Positions 1 through 13,130 of a stretch of DNA of 64,000 nt are shown here, in pieces; the stretch's first letter is position 1, and every line of letters begins with the position of its first letter. Source of the stretch: Podarcis pityusensis (lineage: Eukaryota). The position numbers were made by a program, and so were the translations under genes. The stretch lies in the NCBI GenBank assembly GCA_964106645.2, contig OZ067048.1; one strand, given 5' to 3'. The notes under the pieces were generated by a model that was given only the letters and a program-made list of their open reading frames with translations, was not told the DNA's origin and did not search any database.

Positions 1-547
1 TAGAAGCTAGGAAGGGCTGTACAAACAGGAGTAGGCTCGATTCCTAGTGGGCTCAAGTAGGGTTTTCATTCCTTTAAGAATATAGTACCACTACGACAAT
101 TCACTTTTACTAGACGCCTCTGAATGTTTCTCCTTGTGGTGCCATAAATGTCAAGATTAGGCAGGGTAACTGAAGTTCATACAGTATACCAGTTTCTTCA
201 ACGACAATGTTTGCCTTGGGCGGCATCTATTATGAACTAGATGAGGAGGAATAATGGTATACCCTTCAAATGTTTGAACATTATATGCTTGGCCAGAGCA
301 AAACCACAGGCAATCCATTACTGTTCCTTCTTCTGCTAATTAACAGCTTTTACTACAATATCTGTTCTATGCAAAATTACTTGGTGAATTGATTTTAAGA
401 GAGACAAAATTACTTTAGGCTAAACAAATTATTGCATAAATAATTCATATTACTAGAAAAAGCTAAAACAAAAATACATCCCATGTAAATACTGTAACAA
501 GGGATGCAGAAGATCTGAGTGCTGACATTTTATAGAAATTTACCCAC

Positions 548-641
548 TTTAAGTCCTTCCTTTTTCAAATCCTGAGCAAGGTCACTGCAAAGTTCTTGAC
601 ACAAGCTGTATTGTTCTGCAGCACTTATTTCATTAAATGTC
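548..641 (-). CDS. POLK: POLK exon 11 (start of PAD/little finger); gene continues beyond window start
   Basis: (R)TFNEISAAEQYSLCQELCSDLAQDLKKEGLK; 94 nt; ggcacacag / GTGGGT. Confidence 0.92.
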
Positions 642-837
642 CTGTGTGCCAAAAGAAAAGTGATCATAATCATAGCAATGACTAGTAATAGTCTATCCTC
701 AAATAGCATAGAGAAACTTGATCTTTTTTTACTGATCCATGTAGTAAAAATATTAAGGTTTAAGCTAAGCTGCAGTATACTTTCAGTATACTACTGAATA
801 ATAAAGGCTTAAGAATGAATGGAGTGTCTGAAATGAT

Positions 838-1071
838 GTTGGGTTGGATCCTGACTAAGGGTTGCATCCGGGACCTCCATACTGCTCATGCAACAGACTT
901 CTGTTTTTTGCAGTGGAACTTCCCCACTTTTTCTCCCCTGCACCCACAAAATCTGCTCCCAAGGGTTGGAGGACCCTCTGGAGCAGATGTTGGCACTATG
1001 CAGGGAAAGGAAAGGAAGGGGCGTGTTGTTGTATGAACAGAACATTGCTTCTGCAGCACTGAACACAACCC
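838..1071. repeat. Old palindromic MITE-like interspersed repeat; related copies near 2115-2560, 6420-6650 and 28015-28150
   Basis: Central fold-back AATCTGCTCC.AAGGGT...ACCCTCTGGAGCAGAT recurs at several places. Confidence 0.6.
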
Positions 1072-1783
1072 TAGTTTGCTCTCAGTCTCCTCTGAAATTA
1101 GTGGGAATCAAGTTAATAATGACTTAACAGTTTACAATGATTTCAGTGGGACCCAAGTACAACTCCATTGGCCTGGCTCCAACCCATTAGGGTAATTTTC
1201 TCTTGATTTTTTTTTTTAATCTTAAGAGATTTTGCACAATTATTCTCATAAGGCCTTATGAATCTTGTTTTATAAATGCTTGAACAGCTTAAGGAAAACT
1301 AAACTTCTGAGAGTTTTTTATTATTATTAAAATGTGATTCTAACATAATTGAGCATTTATCTATTGGAGACCTAGGCATTCTTCTGGAAGACTGTTCTTT
1401 CTACCAGATTAGAACTGCAAACCAAATGCTCGTTACTGTTTCAATAAAATAGAGGGAAACCAGCTCAATAAGTTTTCTTGGAACAGTAATGAGCATATTA
1501 TGTGGCATTACTAATCTTCAAAAAAAGATAGCTTTCAGTACAGTTCTCAGATTCCCTAATTGAAAAAGACTTGTTTATGCTAGAATCACATTTTTATCGC
1601 CAAATAAACAAAATTATTTTTCCTCAAGCAGAAGCAGCTCCACATTTTGTGTGGCAAGCATGTTAGTTCTATATGCCCTAGTGGGTTTTTAATCCTGCTC
1701 TTCCTCCCAAAAGGAGCTTGGCATTGCAAACAACAAAACAGTGAAATCAATACAAAGGTTCTAAAAGCCAATTGAGCACATAC

Positions 1784-1816
1784 CTTTCAGTGCTCATGCT
1801 TTTTCTTTCTCCATCC
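1784..1816 (-). CDS. POLK: POLK exon 10 (33-nt small exon)
   Basis: (R)DGERKSMSTE(R); ttttctttttaaag / GTATGT; phases match exons 9 and 11. Confidence 0.93.
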
Positions 1817-2209
1817 CTTTAAAAAGAAAAAAAGAAGTGTAAGTGTCCAGGTGCGTTTATTTAACATTTATATATAATGATTTATCACCATTATTACAAA
1901 TATACAGAACCCCACGTGTCGTTCCCCCCCCCCAAAAAAAAAATTATAATCACTATATCTGGCTGTGACCCAACAGGAATAAAAACATCTGTAATTTAAG
2001 TTTCACCAGTTTTGGTAAGTTGTCAGTTTCATAGTGCTCTTGAAAATGCACTTAGAAGAGCACAATAAAATTGAAAACATACGAAGACTCACCAGCTAAG
2101 CTTTGTTCATTGAAAGATGCTGGGCAGAATTCAACACTGTGTAAGCAGAAATCACCATCCTCTCCCCTACTCTGCAGCCCCTTGCATGTACCCAATATTT
2201 GCTCCAGAG

Positions 2210-2428
2210 CATGGGTAGACAAACTAAGGCCCAGGGGCCGGATCCAGCCAATCGCCTTCTAAATCTGGCTCGCAGACAGTGTGGGAATCAGTGTGTTTTT
2301 ACATGAGTAGATTGTACCCTTTTATTTAAAATGCATCTCTGGGTTATTTGTGGGGCCTGACTGATGTTTTTAACAAGCTCTGAGGGACAGTGGACCGGCC
2401 CCCTGCTGAAAAAGTTTGTTGACCCCTA
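2210..2428. mobile_element. hAT MITE nested in an older palindromic element
   Basis: Imperfect TIR CATGGGTAGACAAACT / AGTTTGTTGACCCCTA; perfect 8-bp TSD CTCCAGAG. Confidence 0.82.
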
Positions 2429-2770
2429 CTCCAGAGGGTCTCCCAACCCTCTGGAGCAGATTTTGTGGCTGCAGGGGAGCAGGGAGGAGGAGAGGGAAAG
2501 TCCCACTAAACAAGTGGTAATCTGTTCTGCTTGTGCATGGACAGCATTGGACACAACCCACTATTTAAAAAAGATATAAGTGTATGTTGCTATTTTACAG
2601 TTAAGGATCTTAAGCAGGGCTGTGAAAGACTTCAAGCTCAAGAATACTGTGGGAACGGTTAGAGGAAACATATTATTGACTTGGCTTTGTTCCTTTTATG
2701 TAACAATGTTACAAGCTAACAAAAAATTTGAAAGCATCTAAAATGAACACAACCCATTCACACAAAATAC

Positions 2771-2937
2771 CTTTCTAAATGGGTGGAACCCAAACCAAGG
2801 GAGATTTCCAAGAAATTACGCCAAGATGTTTCAGAGAAGAGAAGAGAAATTAGTGCCCTCTGCTGGTAAAGTTCTGAACAAGTCACAATGTTCAGAGCTT
2901 TAAGCATTTTTTCTGTTACTTTTCCTATGCCAGGCAC
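2771..2937 (-). CDS. POLK: POLK exon 9 (thumb, HhH)
   Basis: VPGIGKVTEKMLKALNIVTCSELYQQRALISLLFSETSWRNFLEISLGLGSTHLE+AG; 167 nt; ctcttccag / GTATTT. Confidence 0.96.
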
Positions 2938-3695
2938 CTGGAAGAGAGTTAATGCACACTAATAAAACAATGAACTTCCAGGAAAACAATTAAACCATAG
3001 TTTACAAACATTTCCTTTGGAAGTGAGAATATTCATCAGTCATAGTTATTTCCAGTGATTAAAGGTGGACAAGGTTCTGAGATTTGGAGCACTTAACATA
3101 AATTAGAAAAGGGCAACATGTGCTTAATTCATTAACTTAAAACGTAACTTTTTTAAAAATAAAAATGAATAATTATATGGCCCTGTTGAGTTCTGTCCAT
3201 GGCTGGTGAACCTATTACATTCTTCTGCATTGACATTTGGACAATCTCCAATGTTCAATGAATTAGAAGAGAGGCCACCAACCTTTTTGGATCCGTGGGC
3301 ACATTTTGCATTTTAAGAAGGTAGTGTAGGCACCAGTCACAACATGGTTGCCATGGGGTGTGGCATAACACAAAACTAGTGAGCACATTCATTGCTGCTT
3401 CATGCCCTCCCTCCTCTTGAACAACCGCCTGCACCCAGTAACTTTTGTTCTGATTACACAATATGGATTTCACACACACACGTTTTTGCTGCTAACAACA
3501 TTCCCAAGTACCAGAAAAGATATACAAGGTGGCCACACCAAACTAACTCCCTCTCGCACTGACACACAGACCACAAATACATACATCCGTCTGTTTCTCA
3601 CACATAGATGCAGACATCACTCTTCCTCCCTCCCTCCCTCTTACACTCACAGAGACACAGAGACCACACACACATACAGACTGAACATATATGAA

Positions 3696-3932
3696 CATGG
3701 GGGTGCAGGGGGGCAGCTCTCCCCCCAAAAATCAAGTAAACAAATAAAAATAATTAAAAGTATAAAATTGTAGAAAGATTTTGACAGATCTTTCTGAGCA
3801 CTTGTGATTAAAAGAAAGTAATTAAAAAAAACCTGTATTTGAGACATCGCATTCTGAATCTGCTAGACTGAGCCAGACAGGATGATGACAGGTGGGTGTC
3901 CTGCCCCCCCCTAAATCCTGGCTACGCCCATG
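3696..3932. mobile_element. hAT-like MITE
   Basis: CATGGG...GCTACGCCCATG termini; degenerate 8-bp flanks TATATGAA / TACATGCA. Confidence 0.55.
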
Positions 3933-4053
3933 TACATGCAGACCTCATCCCCTTTCTTTCTCTCTCACACACAGAGCACACATCACAAACTTCCTCCTTA
4001 GTCTCACACATGTACAGACTACAGATACACACACACACACATGTATTTACATA

Positions 4054-4245
4054 CAGTGGTACCTTGGGTTACATATGCTTCAGGTTACAGACTCCGCTAA
4101 CCAGGATGAGAACAGAAATCGTGCTCTGGTGGCGCGGCGGCAGCAGGAGGCCCTATTAGCTAAAGTGGTGCTTCAGGTTAAGAACAGTTTCAGGTTAAGA
4201 ATGGACCTCCAGAACAAATTAAGTACTTAACCCGAGGTACCACTG
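4054..4245 (+). mobile_element. Tc1/mariner (Tigger/pogo-like) MITE
   Basis: TIR CAGTGGTACCT...AGGTACCACTG; TA on both sides. Confidence 0.88.
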
Positions 4246-4255
4246 TACTTGCCTT

Positions 4256-4271
4256 CTCTCTCTCTCTCACT

Positions 4272-4298
<27 letters not shown>
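4256..4298. repeat. (CT)n(CA)n microsatellite
   Basis: Direct reading. Confidence 0.9.
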
Positions 4299-4302
<4 letters not shown>

Positions 4303-5286
4303 TCAGGAACGCCCATCTACTGAGTGGACAGGACAATTTCTATCACTCCTACCCGCCACTTAAATTAAAAATTTTAAGCCACTCTGCAGGGATAAGCAAT
4401 TGCCTGTTACCAGCTCCATGTGGCTGGTGGGCAAGATATTGCTGATGAGGAATCCCCGCCATTCCTTTTCTCCCCTCTCCCCTTGTTGAAAAAACCCTCT
4501 GGGGGCTAAGCAACTGCCTGCTCCACTTGGCTGGTGAGATAATATTCCTTGAGCAAACAGGATGATGCTCACTGCTCCTTCTCTCCTCACCCCAAGACTT
4601 TGCTGAAGGAATCTCTGTGGGGCTAAAGCAACTGCACACTGCAACCTTGATGTGGCTAGCAGGCAAAAAACCACTGAGCAAAGAGAGCAATCCCTGTTAC
4701 TGCTCCCAAACTCTGAGGGGGAAAAAAGCTCTCTGTAGGGCTAACTGCTCTCTGCCTGCTCCACAAATAGCCATTGTTTCTTCTGCCACCACTCCCTCCC
4801 TCCCTCCCACAATCAATAAAGCCACTCCACAGACTGAAACAAAGAGAAGCAATTTAATTTACAGACACCCCAGGTTGCTTCAGAGACCCCAAAAAGGCCT
4901 TCAAAGATCCTGCAGTGGTGACCCCTGAGCTAGAAGATAGAAGATTCAGCTGAACTGTAAAACGTGCATTCAGATAGTTAAGAAATTTTATGCTTTATAA
5001 AATGCATACGTTCTACTGTGTTCCAACTCCAGCATAATTCCAAGAGCAATATTAATATCAGTGCTTAAATTGAAAGGGGAAAAAAGAGGTTTCAGGGCTA
5101 CAGCTTTCTGGAAGTTGAATATTTTATAGAAGCCCTTGATCTCTGTACCTTTATTGGGGCCAGCTTCTTCAGACTGAACATTAAGCAAAAACAAATGAAC
5201 AGACAGCTTGGGGGAGACACACACACAATGCTGTTGAGCTTAATGATAATAGCCCAAACTTCAGATTTTAGTAGACTACGCTAGTA

Positions 5287-5941
5287 CAGTGGTACCTTGG
5301 TTCTCAAACACCTTGGTACTCAAACACCATGGTTCTCAAATGTCGAAAACCCGGAAGTAAGTGTTCCGGTTTTCAAACGTTTTTCAGAAGCCAAACGTCT
5401 GATGAAGCTGTCAGCTGTTGTTTCCAGGGCACCTGCACCAATCAGAAGCTGTGCCTTGGTTTTCGAACATTTCAGAAGTCAAACAGACTTCCGGAATGGA
5501 TTAAGTTTGGCGCTTTTGTTTTTGCTATTTTGCGTTTTTGTTGGTTAATTTGTTTTTGTGACTGTGTGGAACCCAGTTTAGCTACTGACTGATTGGTTGA
5601 TTATGTGACTGTGGAAATGGATAAAAGCTCCCCATCGAAACAATGACTATTGTCAGTGCAGGTAAAAAATAATAATAATTTTAATTTTTATCATCTACAA
5701 TACTGTCTTATTTAATTTATAGTACAGTACATTGATTATTGCTTTCATTTTATGGATCAATGGTCATGTTGATAGTAAAATTAATGTTAAATTGCTGTTT
5801 TAGAGGTTGTTTTTAAAAGTCTGGAATGTATTAATCCGTTTTGCATTACTTTCTTTGGGAAAGTGTGCCTTGGTTTCAGAGCGCTTTGGTTTTGGAATGG
5901 ACTTCCGGAACAGATTAAGTTTGAGAACCAAGGTACTACTG
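5287..5941 (+). mobile_element. Longer Tigger-like non-autonomous element
   Basis: TIR CAGTGGTACCTTGGTTCTCAAAC / GTTTGAGAACCAAGGTACTACTG; TA TSD; internal repeat of the subterminal GACTTCCGGAA..GATTAAGTTTG motif. Confidence 0.88.
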
Positions 5942-8090
5942 TACATATATCTGATGACGGCACCCAGCATGGTCATGCAAATTGTAGGGCCCACCAAAGC
6001 CCACTGACATCACTTTTTCTTTTTTTCAGGGATGTTATAGGGAAGATTATGTGGGTGGCTGCAGGCTCAGCCTGTGCTTTGCAGCACACTTCCATATAAA
6101 GAATAAGGAAAAGGAACTTGCCCACTGCTGTTGGGGAGGGGGTAGGCACAAGGGAGTCCACAACTCAGTCTGCCTAGAGCCCTCTCAAACCTGTTAGCAT
6201 ACCCTCCAACATTTCAGATGAAAACAGACACATTCCACATGCAAGGTTTATTTTGCAAGCTGCATCCCTCTGCTATGAGCACATTGCAGAAGGCTCTTAA
6301 ATGCTTGCAGTGTTCATTTGCTCTGCACATTTTTATCCTCCACTGAAGACAAGAGGATGATTGTTACTTTGGTTACAGTTGTACTAGGAAAACATAATGG
6401 GTTGGAAACAGAGAAACACATTTGGAAGGAGGAGAGCAGGTGATTTTCCTGTCCTTCCTCTTAAGCAGTCCTCCAAAGCCTTGCAGCACATTCACTAAAT
6501 ATTTGTTCACCTCATTTTTCAGTGATTCCCCCAGGCCACTTGTGTTACAGCCCCTGAAAACAGCTTTTCAGGGGTGTTGGGACAGGGTGGTGGTGGCTGG
6601 AACAGAAAGAGGTGCAGAAAAAGACATGGGCATTTATTTCTCTGGAGCCAACCTATTACATTAGCAAAAGCACTGCACTGCATAATGTTTTAGTATTCCA
6701 TGTGTATGCTTTCTGTGCCCTTAAAAATATCTATTTCCAATTTTGGGGATTTAACTTCTAGAGACTTGGGGGAGGGAGCTAAATCATGAAGAATGACAAC
6801 ACGAGTACCTCCCACTCACATTTTAACATTTTTGCATATGTGCCAAATGCAGAAAAGGATCTGAGGTCACATCAAAACTACTGGGGCAAAAAACAACAAT
6901 AATGCAGCTCTCTCTTTGGCAGCAGTTACTCTAAAACTAATCGGGAACACAAAAGTCCTTTGTAAGGTAGAGAGCAAAGGCAAAGAAAAAGTGGTAATCT
7001 TTATATTAGCAAAATCAAAGTTTAATATAGCACATTGGGATAGAATAACCAGAAGCCAAACTAGATAGTATTACATGCTGGCAGAAAGCATATTTAATAA
7101 ATTTCACCTATATGCAAAGTTATTTCACAGTTTGATCACTTTGTAACTTTTTGGCTGATCACATAAAAGGTATTATAGCTAGCCATACCTGATTCTTGTT
7201 GTTTTGAGCTACCCCAAATGTTTGTCTTATTTCATATTTCTCAGATTTTTATAGCACTTCCTAGCAAAATACTCAATGCAGTTTTTGAAAAGTCTAAGTT
7301 CATAAACAACAGAACCATCATGAAACAACAAAATGAAAATATTAACAGCTCTGATTTTCTTGGTTCATGCTCTGGATAGAGAAAAGAATATAACATACAG
7401 ATCAAATTATTAAATTAAAAAAGGGTCCTCAAAATCACAGGTCAACATCACAGCAAGTAAGAGGAATCTTACTCTTTGGAAGATATAAGAGTATTAGTCA
7501 CACTGTGATGTTACAGCATAGCATTTCAGTGTCCAAGTGTAAATTATTACTTAAATTTCAGACCCAGTATATTGTGTTCTTCATCTCCAGTGATGTTATG
7601 AGGACCAAGAGTTTCCCAAGGCATTTACTATATTGTTCACCAAATAGTAACAGAAAACACTACGGGTGTTCGTCACATTTTCCCAGCAGGATCCACACAG
7701 GCATCTTCAGTATATTCCTGATGTGGGAAGTCCTCAGCCAAAAAAGATCTAACAAGAAGCCATGGATGGCACACATGCCCCATAGAAACTGAGAAGTTTT
7801 GTATGTTCACTCAAACTTTGGCCTAAACCTTCACTTGCTCAAGTCCAATACAACAAATGGAAAGGGATACAAAAATTAAATGTTATCAGTGTATTTTGGG
7901 AGCATCCATTCCCTACTCCCAGAAAGCATTCAATTTTACAACAAAATGCACACAGTTTTATATGGGAGTTCATACTTCATTAAAGTATAAAATAGTAAAT
8001 GGTTAAATTTAGATGCAAAGAGGGTTTAAGACAGTAAACAAGTCTACCAGCAGTAATAAGGAACACTGAGTAATAAATAAATCAGCTCAC

Positions 8091-8215
8091 CTTTCTAATG
8101 GCTAAATCTTTGATAAAGTTCATCACAGCTTCTCTTTCTGGGGGGATTCTATATTGACCATTCGGTTTATTTTTATCACTGCACATTTTTGCTAACATAG
8201 TATTTGGAGCAATGC
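8091..8215 (-). CDS. POLK: POLK exon 8
   Basis: (G)IAPNTMLAKMCSDKNKPNGQYRIPPEREAVMNFIKDLAIRK; 125 nt; ttgcttag / GTGAGC. Confidence 0.96.
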
Positions 8216-9048
8216 CTAAGCAAGCAAACAAACAACAAACGTCAAACAAATATGAAACGCCAACCTGCTACTTCTGCTCCTAATGATTTTAGAAATAGTT
8301 ATGATGAGGTTTGTGTAGTAAACAATATTCATTTTGTTTTCGGTTGAATTTGTTTTTAAATATATATGCAGATCCTAACAAGTTTGACTGTAACAGGTCC
8401 TACGGAATTAAATATGTATGCTGCCGTTCATCCAAAGACTATTGAGCAGTTCACAACGTAAGAAAACATAACTGCAATTTTTTCTGCTGTTATTGTAAAG
8501 TCTCTGGACTAAAACTTTCCTACCCACACCCAGCAACACACAAGAATGTGAAAGGAACAGAAAGAAGAACATTAATATATGGCTCCCAACCACCTTAATC
8601 TGGCCTTGAACAGTGTTAATAGGTTGTTGAAGTGTGTGTCAGAGGTGCAGCATATGCTACCACCACTTGGGGCAGGCGCACAGTGCATGCCCCTGAGAGC
8701 ACCAGGGTGGAGAGGGAGCCTGCTGTGGCTTGCCTTGCAAAGTAGCGCAGAGGGTGCACTTGCATGCTGTAGCCCAGCCAGGCGAGGACAGGGGGCAAAG
8801 CTGCCACCAATTCTCATCTTCTTCGCTCCTGGGTCCAGCCTGACCTGGAAATGGAGCTGCGGCTGGCTGACAGCGTTGGGTCATTATGCGAGGAAGCCGT
8901 CTCTACAACTACCTCGCGTGCCGGAGTCAGGCTATGATGCACAAACCTGTCATGGTTGTGCCTGGTCATGACCCCTCAAAAAAATGTGCCCCGGGCCGTG
9001 GCCTCCCCAACCACTCCACTATACCACATTGTATGCCATTACAAAGTA

Positions 9049-9404
9049 AAGGTAAAGGTAAAGGGACCCCTGACCATTAGGTCCAGTCATGGCCGACTCT
9101 GGGGTTGCGGCGCTCATCTCGCTTTATTGGCCGAGGGAGCCAGCGTACAGCTTCAAGGTCATGTGGCCAGCATGACTAAGCTGCTTCTGGCGAACCAGAG
9201 CAGCGCACGGAAACGCCGTTTACCTTCCTGCCGGAGCGGTACCTATTTATCTACTTGCACTTTGACGTCCTTTCAAATTGCTAGGTTGGCAGGAGCTGGG
9301 ACCGAGCAACGGGAGCTCACCCCGTCGCGGGGATTCGAACCACTGACCTTCCAATCGGCAAGTCCTAGCCTCTGTGGTTTAACCCACAGCGCCACCCGCG
9401 TCCC
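9049..9404 (-). mobile_element. Sauria SINE, full length
   Basis: (ACCTTT)n tail at left, tRNA-like head with B-box (GGTTCGAATCC on minus) at right; TSD CCATTACA(A/G)AGTA at 9036-9048 and 9406-9418. Confidence 0.9.
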
Positions 9405-9688
9405 TCCATTACAGAGTAGACCAAGTTTAATAGCAAGGCTTTTATGTTGTTGGTTAAAGCTTGAAGAGTTCAGAACTTTCATTTATTGAGGTTGAGCACA
9501 TGACTCTGATACAGCAGTTTTAGCAAGTTGTTATGTTTAGGTCAGTTAATTTTTTCTGTAAAAAGAACCTGTGCATTTCTTCACATAACAAGGATCTTGT
9601 GAATCTACTTTTAAACTCTTGAGATGTACTGGAGAAGTATTACAGAACTTTAAAATATTTGTAATAATATAAATATAAATTTGTTTAC

Positions 9689-9940
9689 CAGCACTGGCAG
9701 TAAGTCTTGTTTTTTGTTCAATCCTAAAGCGAATTTCCTCCACCACTTCCTCAGCTGATGCTCCAAAGACAACTGGCTTTATCTGAGTTGTTGACTGTTG
9801 GTGTTGTTGTTCTAGGTGCAGCAGAGAAGGGTGAACAATCTGCTTATACATCAGAGTATCAACATCAAACAAGACTGGTGAACAGTCATGTGTATCTTCA
9901 CTCAAATTTGATTAATCACGTGTTGCTATATTCTGCTTGC
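9689..9940 (-). CDS. POLK: POLK exon 7 (5' boundary uncertain; in-frame TAA at 9912-9914 if the 9940 or 9925 start is used)
   Basis: ...NLSEDTHDCSPVLFD...VVFGASAEEVVEEIRFRIEQKTRLTASA+G; donor G|GTAAAC is clear; phase-compatible acceptors give exon starts at 9940, 9925, 9895 or 9874. Confidence 0.8.
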
Positions 9941-11671
9941 CTCAGAATAAAAAGGGTCAGAAGCTATCAGAATTCTATAAGCAAAACTAATCTCATTTGC
10001 TAGTTCCCTTACACAAAAAGTAAATGCCACCTTCCTTTTCCCTCCATTTTCCAAGCTCTTGTAAATATTTTTTACAAACAGGACAAAAAATTCTCATTGT
10101 TATTACTGTACTGCTAATTACCCCAAGGCTGGAAAAACCAAGTCCTGCTACTGCCCAAACAAAGGAGTACTGTATGTTTACTGCATTTAAATGAGCAACA
10201 TAAAAAATTGCATGGATTAAAACTGTGTACATTTACATAGATAATACTTCTTTAGATTTTTTTAAAAAAACCCTTTCAGCATTTACTTCTTATATGGTAT
10301 TAGTCACTTTCAGTTCAGGTTCACAATGGGATTCACTCTAAGCCCACATATCAAAAAGCATCATCATGCATCTGTATGGTACTTTCTCTAGGAAAACCAT
10401 GCTCAAAGTGGCTCACAAAAACACTGGAATGGTTTACATAATAACATGTTTCTCAACTGTTTTGACCAGTTTACCTGTTGTAAGAAAACTTTGTAAAGAA
10501 TTGATTGAGTACCTGCTCATCAGTTATAACTGAAGCTGTTGGGCAACATGATACATTGTATACAGTTGGAGTGTCACCCTGGTAATTATTAAACACTTGA
10601 TTGATGCTCATCAGCTGCTTAGCATAAGCAAGAATGCAGTGAGGAAATAACCTATTCTGAATGAATTATGCCACCAACTGAAATGAAATGGGGAATCTCG
10701 CGCAGAACAGCATAAAGAATTCACTTGGAATTCCAGACTGTGACATCATGATCCATAGCTTACTACTTGTCTCAACTTTGATAAGAAGTTCATAGGGCAA
10801 TGTGGGGCCTGACAGCTGCAGCACTGTGAAGAGAAGCATGTGAGCAACTTGCTCCAATGAAATCTAGGACTGGACTGAAGCTTTGTATTCCTCCAGTGCC
10901 AGGTTTACCTCTCCCAGACTCTGCTCCTTCGCTGAGGAATGTAATATCTTGAAGGAGAAGACCTTTGGCCTGTAGCCTAATATTTCCCATTCTCTCAGCC
11001 AATTCCCTACAGGTTCAATGACTGTGTTGACAGGTCAAAATGGGGATGTGCAAAGTCCCTAGTGTGGAGATGGATGTTTCCTAAGGAACAAAAGCTTCAA
11101 GGGTACAGAGTCACTCTGGAAATTCCAGTTCAAAGGGCTGTGACTCAAAGTATCACAGTCCAATACTCCCAGGTCTGGTCATGGTGCTGGGGCCTGTATC
11201 AGTTTCCAGTATCTCCTCCTCCTGCTGCTGCTGGTCTTATTAATCTGGCCAGGCCTTCCACATCTGAACAGAAGTCAGAGCCCAGACAGCTGCTCTGGAT
11301 GGGGGTTGTGACATTTGCTTCTATGCAGTGTTCACTTGGGTGCCAACACTGTTTTGAAAAAGTGATACCCTGAAAATTAGCACCATGAGACTTGTCGGCA
11401 AACTATTGCTCTTTTAACGATGGCTGCAACTCCCCACTTCTGAAAACATTAATTCCACTAAGTTTAATTACAATTGCAATATTAAAAAGGAAACTTCACT
11501 AGTGATTTCCTAAAGTGTTTCAACTAAATTGCTTCGAGATTAGCATTACATGCAAGCAGCTAATAATTACAACTAATATTTAGCCACATGATTTCCTGAC
11601 TTAGCAAGTCATAATATATAAAAGCAAGGTAAAATGTTCTTTTGGTCTGGCAGTTCCAGATAATTGCTTAC

Positions 11672-11825
11672 CATTTAGCGCAGAGTTGTATGTTTTGATG
11701 AAATGCTGCCTTTTGTCTTCAGGCCAGTTCTTTCTTTCTTCTAAGTACTCTGTTATGTTCAAGTAGGCTTCATCAAGCCCCATGGGCATAAAGTGGGAAT
11801 CATATTCAGCAAGTATTTCCCTAAC
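11672..11825 (-). CDS. POLK: POLK exon 6 (catalytic DE motif)
   Basis: VREILAEYDSHFMPMGLDEAYLNITEYLEERKNWPEDKRQHFIKTYNSALN+G; 154 nt; donor G|GTAAGC. Confidence 0.95.
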
Positions 11826-12471
11826 CTTGGTAAATATAATTTAAAAAAATGTAAAGTTGTGCTGCTATAGCAAAAAACAATTTTTTTAAAAAATCATTTG
11901 AAGTACCATGCATTCAGTCAATACCAACACTGTATCATTCATTCTTTTAAAATTCCATTATGATTGATCAATACTAGAAGAATTTTAAATCATAAATAAT
12001 TTATTGACTTTCCAAATTTGTACTGCATATGGTTCACAGTTAGAGCAACCTCGCTAGAAATAAATGTAAAGTTATTTACTCAGATGTGTGAATGTAATTA
12101 TTTTACTGTGTGTGAACCTCTTTTTAAGATGAGATTTATATACCAAAGATAAAGTGACAGATACTGGTTGATCTTTGCTACTTGCAAAATCAAAACGATT
12201 TTTCTTAAAATTTAAAGGAAGAAAATGGTTTCCTCACATTTAAAGAGAGAATAGGGGTATGTTAAGTAAGCATCCATTTCTTCTCAGAGTTTATATAGGT
12301 TGACAGAAAAGAATGCTAATCTCAAATGAGAATGCCATTCAATACAACATTATTAGGAGGTGCTAATTGAGGAAATAAATTTCCTTATCTTAAGGCTAGG
12401 TCTGTTAGAAGGAATTCATCCAATCATGAAGAGGGAAGAAGTACCTTTCCTCCTCCTTCCCACCAAACTAT

Positions 12472-12856
12472 AAGGTAAAGGGTAGGTAAAGGACCCCTGG
12501 ATGGTTAAGTCCAGTCAACGGAGACTATGAGGTGTGGCACTCATCTCACTTCAGGTCAAGGGAGCTGGTGTTTGTCCACAGACAGCTTTCCAGGTCATGT
12601 GGCCAGTATGACAAAACTGCTTCTGGTGCAATGGGACACGATGATGAGTGACAGAGAGCACAGAAACGCCATTTAACTTCCCGCCACAGCAGTACCTATT
12701 TATCTACTTGCACTGGTATGCTTTCGACCTTCAATGATAGAAGCTGGGACGGAGCAACAGGAGCTCACCACCATCATGTGGATTTGAACCTTTGGCCTTC
12801 CGATTGGCAAGCCCAAGAGGCTCAGTAGTTTAGATCACAGCGACACCCGCATGTGC
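12472..12856 (-). mobile_element. Sauria SINE, more diverged subfamily
   Basis: Homologous to the 9049 copy; TSD CCCACCAAACTAT at 12459-12471 and 12857-12869. Confidence 0.88.
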
Positions 12857-13130
12857 CCCACCAAACTATTATATTTATCAAACTATAAAGGCATTTTTAA
12901 CACTTTACTTTTTCAGAACAAACTTAATAAATTAAAACATGAAGCTTAACAATCACCATTTGCATTTCAAGGAATACGTGTAACAAAATAAAATCAGCAA
13001 GGCTGATATCCTAACCATATCTACTCAGAAGCAAGTCCCACTGAATTGAATGGGGCTTATTCCTGGGTAAGTGGGGTTAGGATTGCACTCTAAATCTATG
13101 TGCATTCTGCTGTGGGAAGAAATTACGTAC

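Noticed and set aside
548-641. POLK exon 11 appears one codon shorter than human
   Set aside because: In-frame difference with canonical splice sites; ordinary divergence.
4988-5224. Minus-strand ORF containing INIALGI as a possible POLK exon 9
   Set aside because: The true exon 9 is at 2771-2937 with full homology and splice sites.
8956-9489. 177-aa ORF, with similar short ORFs at 21159, 26606 and 26686
   Set aside because: These are translations of Sauria SINE sequence; their mutual similarity reflects the repeat.
11770-11790. GLDEAY in place of human SLDEAY at the POLK catalytic motif
   Set aside because: Catalytic D and E are intact and Gly occurs at this position in other Y-family enzymes (Pol iota GFDE), so it is not evidence of inactivation.
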